From Kineococcus radiotolerans SRS30216 = ATCC BAA-149 (GTDB lineage Bacteria; Actinomycetota; Actinomycetes; Actinomycetales; Kineococcaceae): 32,000 bases of DNA. The stretch is from the NCBI RefSeq assembly GCF_000017305.1, contig NC_009664.2:2850001-2882000 (forward strand), written 5' to 3'. The notes below the pieces were generated by a model, which saw only the letters and a program-made list of their open reading frames with translations, was not told where the DNA came from and ran no database searches. The position numbers were made by a program, and so were the translations under genes. Positions 30,803-32,000 of this stretch are shown in pieces (position 1 is the first letter of the stretch; every line of letters begins with the position of its first letter).

Positions 30803-31761
30803 GCCGACAGGGTTCCACGCCCGTCCGGGAGCAGGCCCATCGCCTCCACCGCCGTCCGCGCCGCCTCCAGCGACGTGTGCCCCGGGACGTACCCCAGCAG
30901 TCGGCGCGCCTTGTCCGTGCTGGCGGAGTGGCTGCGGGACAGGTGCTCCCAGCTCGCCTCGGCGTGCTCGCCGGAGGCGGCGCGGAACTCCTCCCAGCTC
31001 ACCGGCCGCAGGTCCGCCTCCCGGCCCCACCACCGCGCGGCGGCCTCGGCGAAACCCCGGACCGTCAGCGCCCGGTCGGAGACGACGTGGAAGCTCTCCC
31101 CGGCCGCGGCGCCGGGGTCCGCCAGCGCCCGCTCGAAACCCTGGGCGACGTCGTCGGCGTGCACGTGGTGCAGCGTCTCCAGGCCCAGCCCGGGCACGAG
31201 GAGCTCCTCGCCGGTGGACAACCGCCGCCACACCTGCGGGTCGAGGTTGCCCAGCGGGGTGATGACCGGCCAGCCGGGGCCGCTGATGTGACCGGGGTGC
31301 AGCACCGTCGTCCGCAGCCCTCCGGAGCGGGTCTCGGCGAGCAGCAGCTCCTCGATCGCGGCCTTCTGCGTCCCGTACTCCCCGAACGGCGCGCGCGGGT
31401 CGTCCTCGCGCAGCGGGGAGGCGGCCGCCGGTCCGTGGACCCAGATCGTGCCGCAGTGGGCGAGGAACGCCCCCGTCGGGCGCAGCGCCTCCACGAGCAG
31501 GCGGGCGCTGGCGGGGGTGAAGCAGACGAGGTCGACGACGGCGTCGGGGCGCAGCCGCGCCACCCGCGCGCCGAAGGTCCCCGCCGCGTCCTCCGCGTCG
31601 CGGTCGGCGACCACGCGCTCCACGCGCTCCCACGCCGGGTGCGCCCGGTAGGGCTCCCGGGTCCCGCGGCTGAGGGCCACCACCTCGTGCCCCGCCCCGA
31701 CGAGCCGGGGGACGAGGTAGCTGCCGATGTGACCGGTGGCTCCGACGACGAGTACGCGCAC
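30799..31761 (-). CDS. NAD-dependent epimerase/dehydratase family protein (extended SDR)
   Basis: VRVLVVGATGHIGSYLVPRL (GxxGxxG) and catalytic YGTQKAAIE (YxxxK). Start trimmed to GTG 31761 within ORF 30799..31983. Confidence 0.85.
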   Translation of the reverse strand: MRVLVVGATGHIGSYLVPRLVGAGHEVVALSRGTREPYRAHPAWERVERVVADRDAEDAAGTFGARVARLRPDAVVDLVCFTPASARLLVEALRPTGAFLAHCGTIWVHGPAAASPLREDDPRAPFGEYGTQKAAIEELLLAETRSGGLRTTVLHPGHISGPGWPVITPLGNLDPQVWRRLSTGEELLVPGLGLETLHHVHADDVAQGFERALADPGAAAGESFHVVSDRALTVRGFAEAAARWWGREADLRPVSWEEFRAASGEHAEASWEHLSRSHSASTDKARRLLGYVPGHTSLEAARTAVEAMGLLPDGRGTLSA

Positions 31762-31947
31762 GGCCCCACCCTGCCCCCGCGGGCCGCGGCGCGCGCGTGC
31801 TGATCCCGGCACGGTCGGTGGCCGCGGGCCGCCGATCGGTGGTGAACCGCTGCGCCGGACGGGGACCGGGCCCTCGCAGCGGGCCCGGGAGGGGACCGGG
31901 GCGGGGCACCGTGGAACTCCCCGCCCCCCACCGGAAGGACCTCCGTC

Positions 31948-32000
31948 GTGCCCGACCTCCGCCTGGACACCGTGGAGCTCCACGCGACGGCGACCACCCT
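31948..32000 (+). CDS. possible 5' end of an unidentified gene running off the window
   Basis: GTG 31948 lies 8 nt after GGAAGGA. Only 17 codons are visible (VPDLRLDTVELHATATT), too short to evaluate. Confidence 0.2.
   Translation, partial: MPDLRLDTVELHATATT

Noticed and set aside
17050-31291. Other long antisense ORFs (17050..18579, 20959..21954, 21776..23131, 22876..24435, 24215..25510, 27743..29299, 29327..31291, 30119..31909 upstream part)
   Set aside because: Each mirrors a motif-supported gene (kinase, permeases, SBP, LacI, antiporter, YciO/GNAT/epimerase). Each has the typical low-complexity G/R/P/D/E composition of GC-rich off-frames.
1-32000. CRISPR arrays, IS elements/transposases, toxin-antitoxin pairs, restriction-modification or other defence genes
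   Set aside because: I found no spaced identical repeats of CRISPR type. None of the ORF translations showed transposase, integrase, nuclease, methylase or ATPase-defence motifs. The region reads as housekeeping and metabolic chromosome.

Overview
Very GC-rich (above 70% by eye) chromosomal segment typical of Actinomycetota. It is densely packed with about 36 protein genes plus a tRNA-Glu/Asp/Phe cluster. I saw no rRNA, CRISPR array, IS element, integrase or recognisable defence genes. Left to right: the 3' end of xylB; a small membrane protein coupled to a degenerate GGDEF protein; three tRNAs; a PHP-domain protein; an MmyB-like regulator divergent from an SDR; a PhyH-family dioxygenase; a DUF4383-like membrane protein. 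Next comes a minus-strand unit of TetR, acyl-CoA oxidase, circularly permuted lipoate-protein ligase and an 89-aa ORF. It is divergent from thiolase, a FabG4-like two-domain reductase, an HtdX-like hydratase, a 404-aa orphan protein and a DprE2-like SDR, followed by a separately promoted SDR. Further right: a 55-aa membrane peptide divergent from a histidine kinase/NarL-type regulator pair; an MFS transporter; a sugar ABC operon (binding protein, two permeases, no ATPase) with a divergent LacI regulator; a LysE exporter with an ArgP/LysG-type regulator; DUF427; a GlsB plus cation/H+ antiporter pair; and an epimerase-GNAT-YciO operon. The many long ORFs antisense to these genes are GC-driven mirror-frame artefacts. 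I found no clear multi-gene novel system. The best candidates for something undescribed are (1) the domain-less 404-aa protein with locally atypical codon use inside the lipid/SDR operon, (2) the membrane protein plus GGGEF/RxxD pair, and (3) the two-component module with its flanking membrane peptide and MFS gene. The non-coding signals most worth testing are a TetR control region with four GGTAC half-sites and two leaderless-type promoters, twin LacI operators, 11-bp-phased GGTCAC repeats, and an identical 16-mer across two unrelated start codons. All homology statements come from motif recognition by eye. No searches or computations were run.
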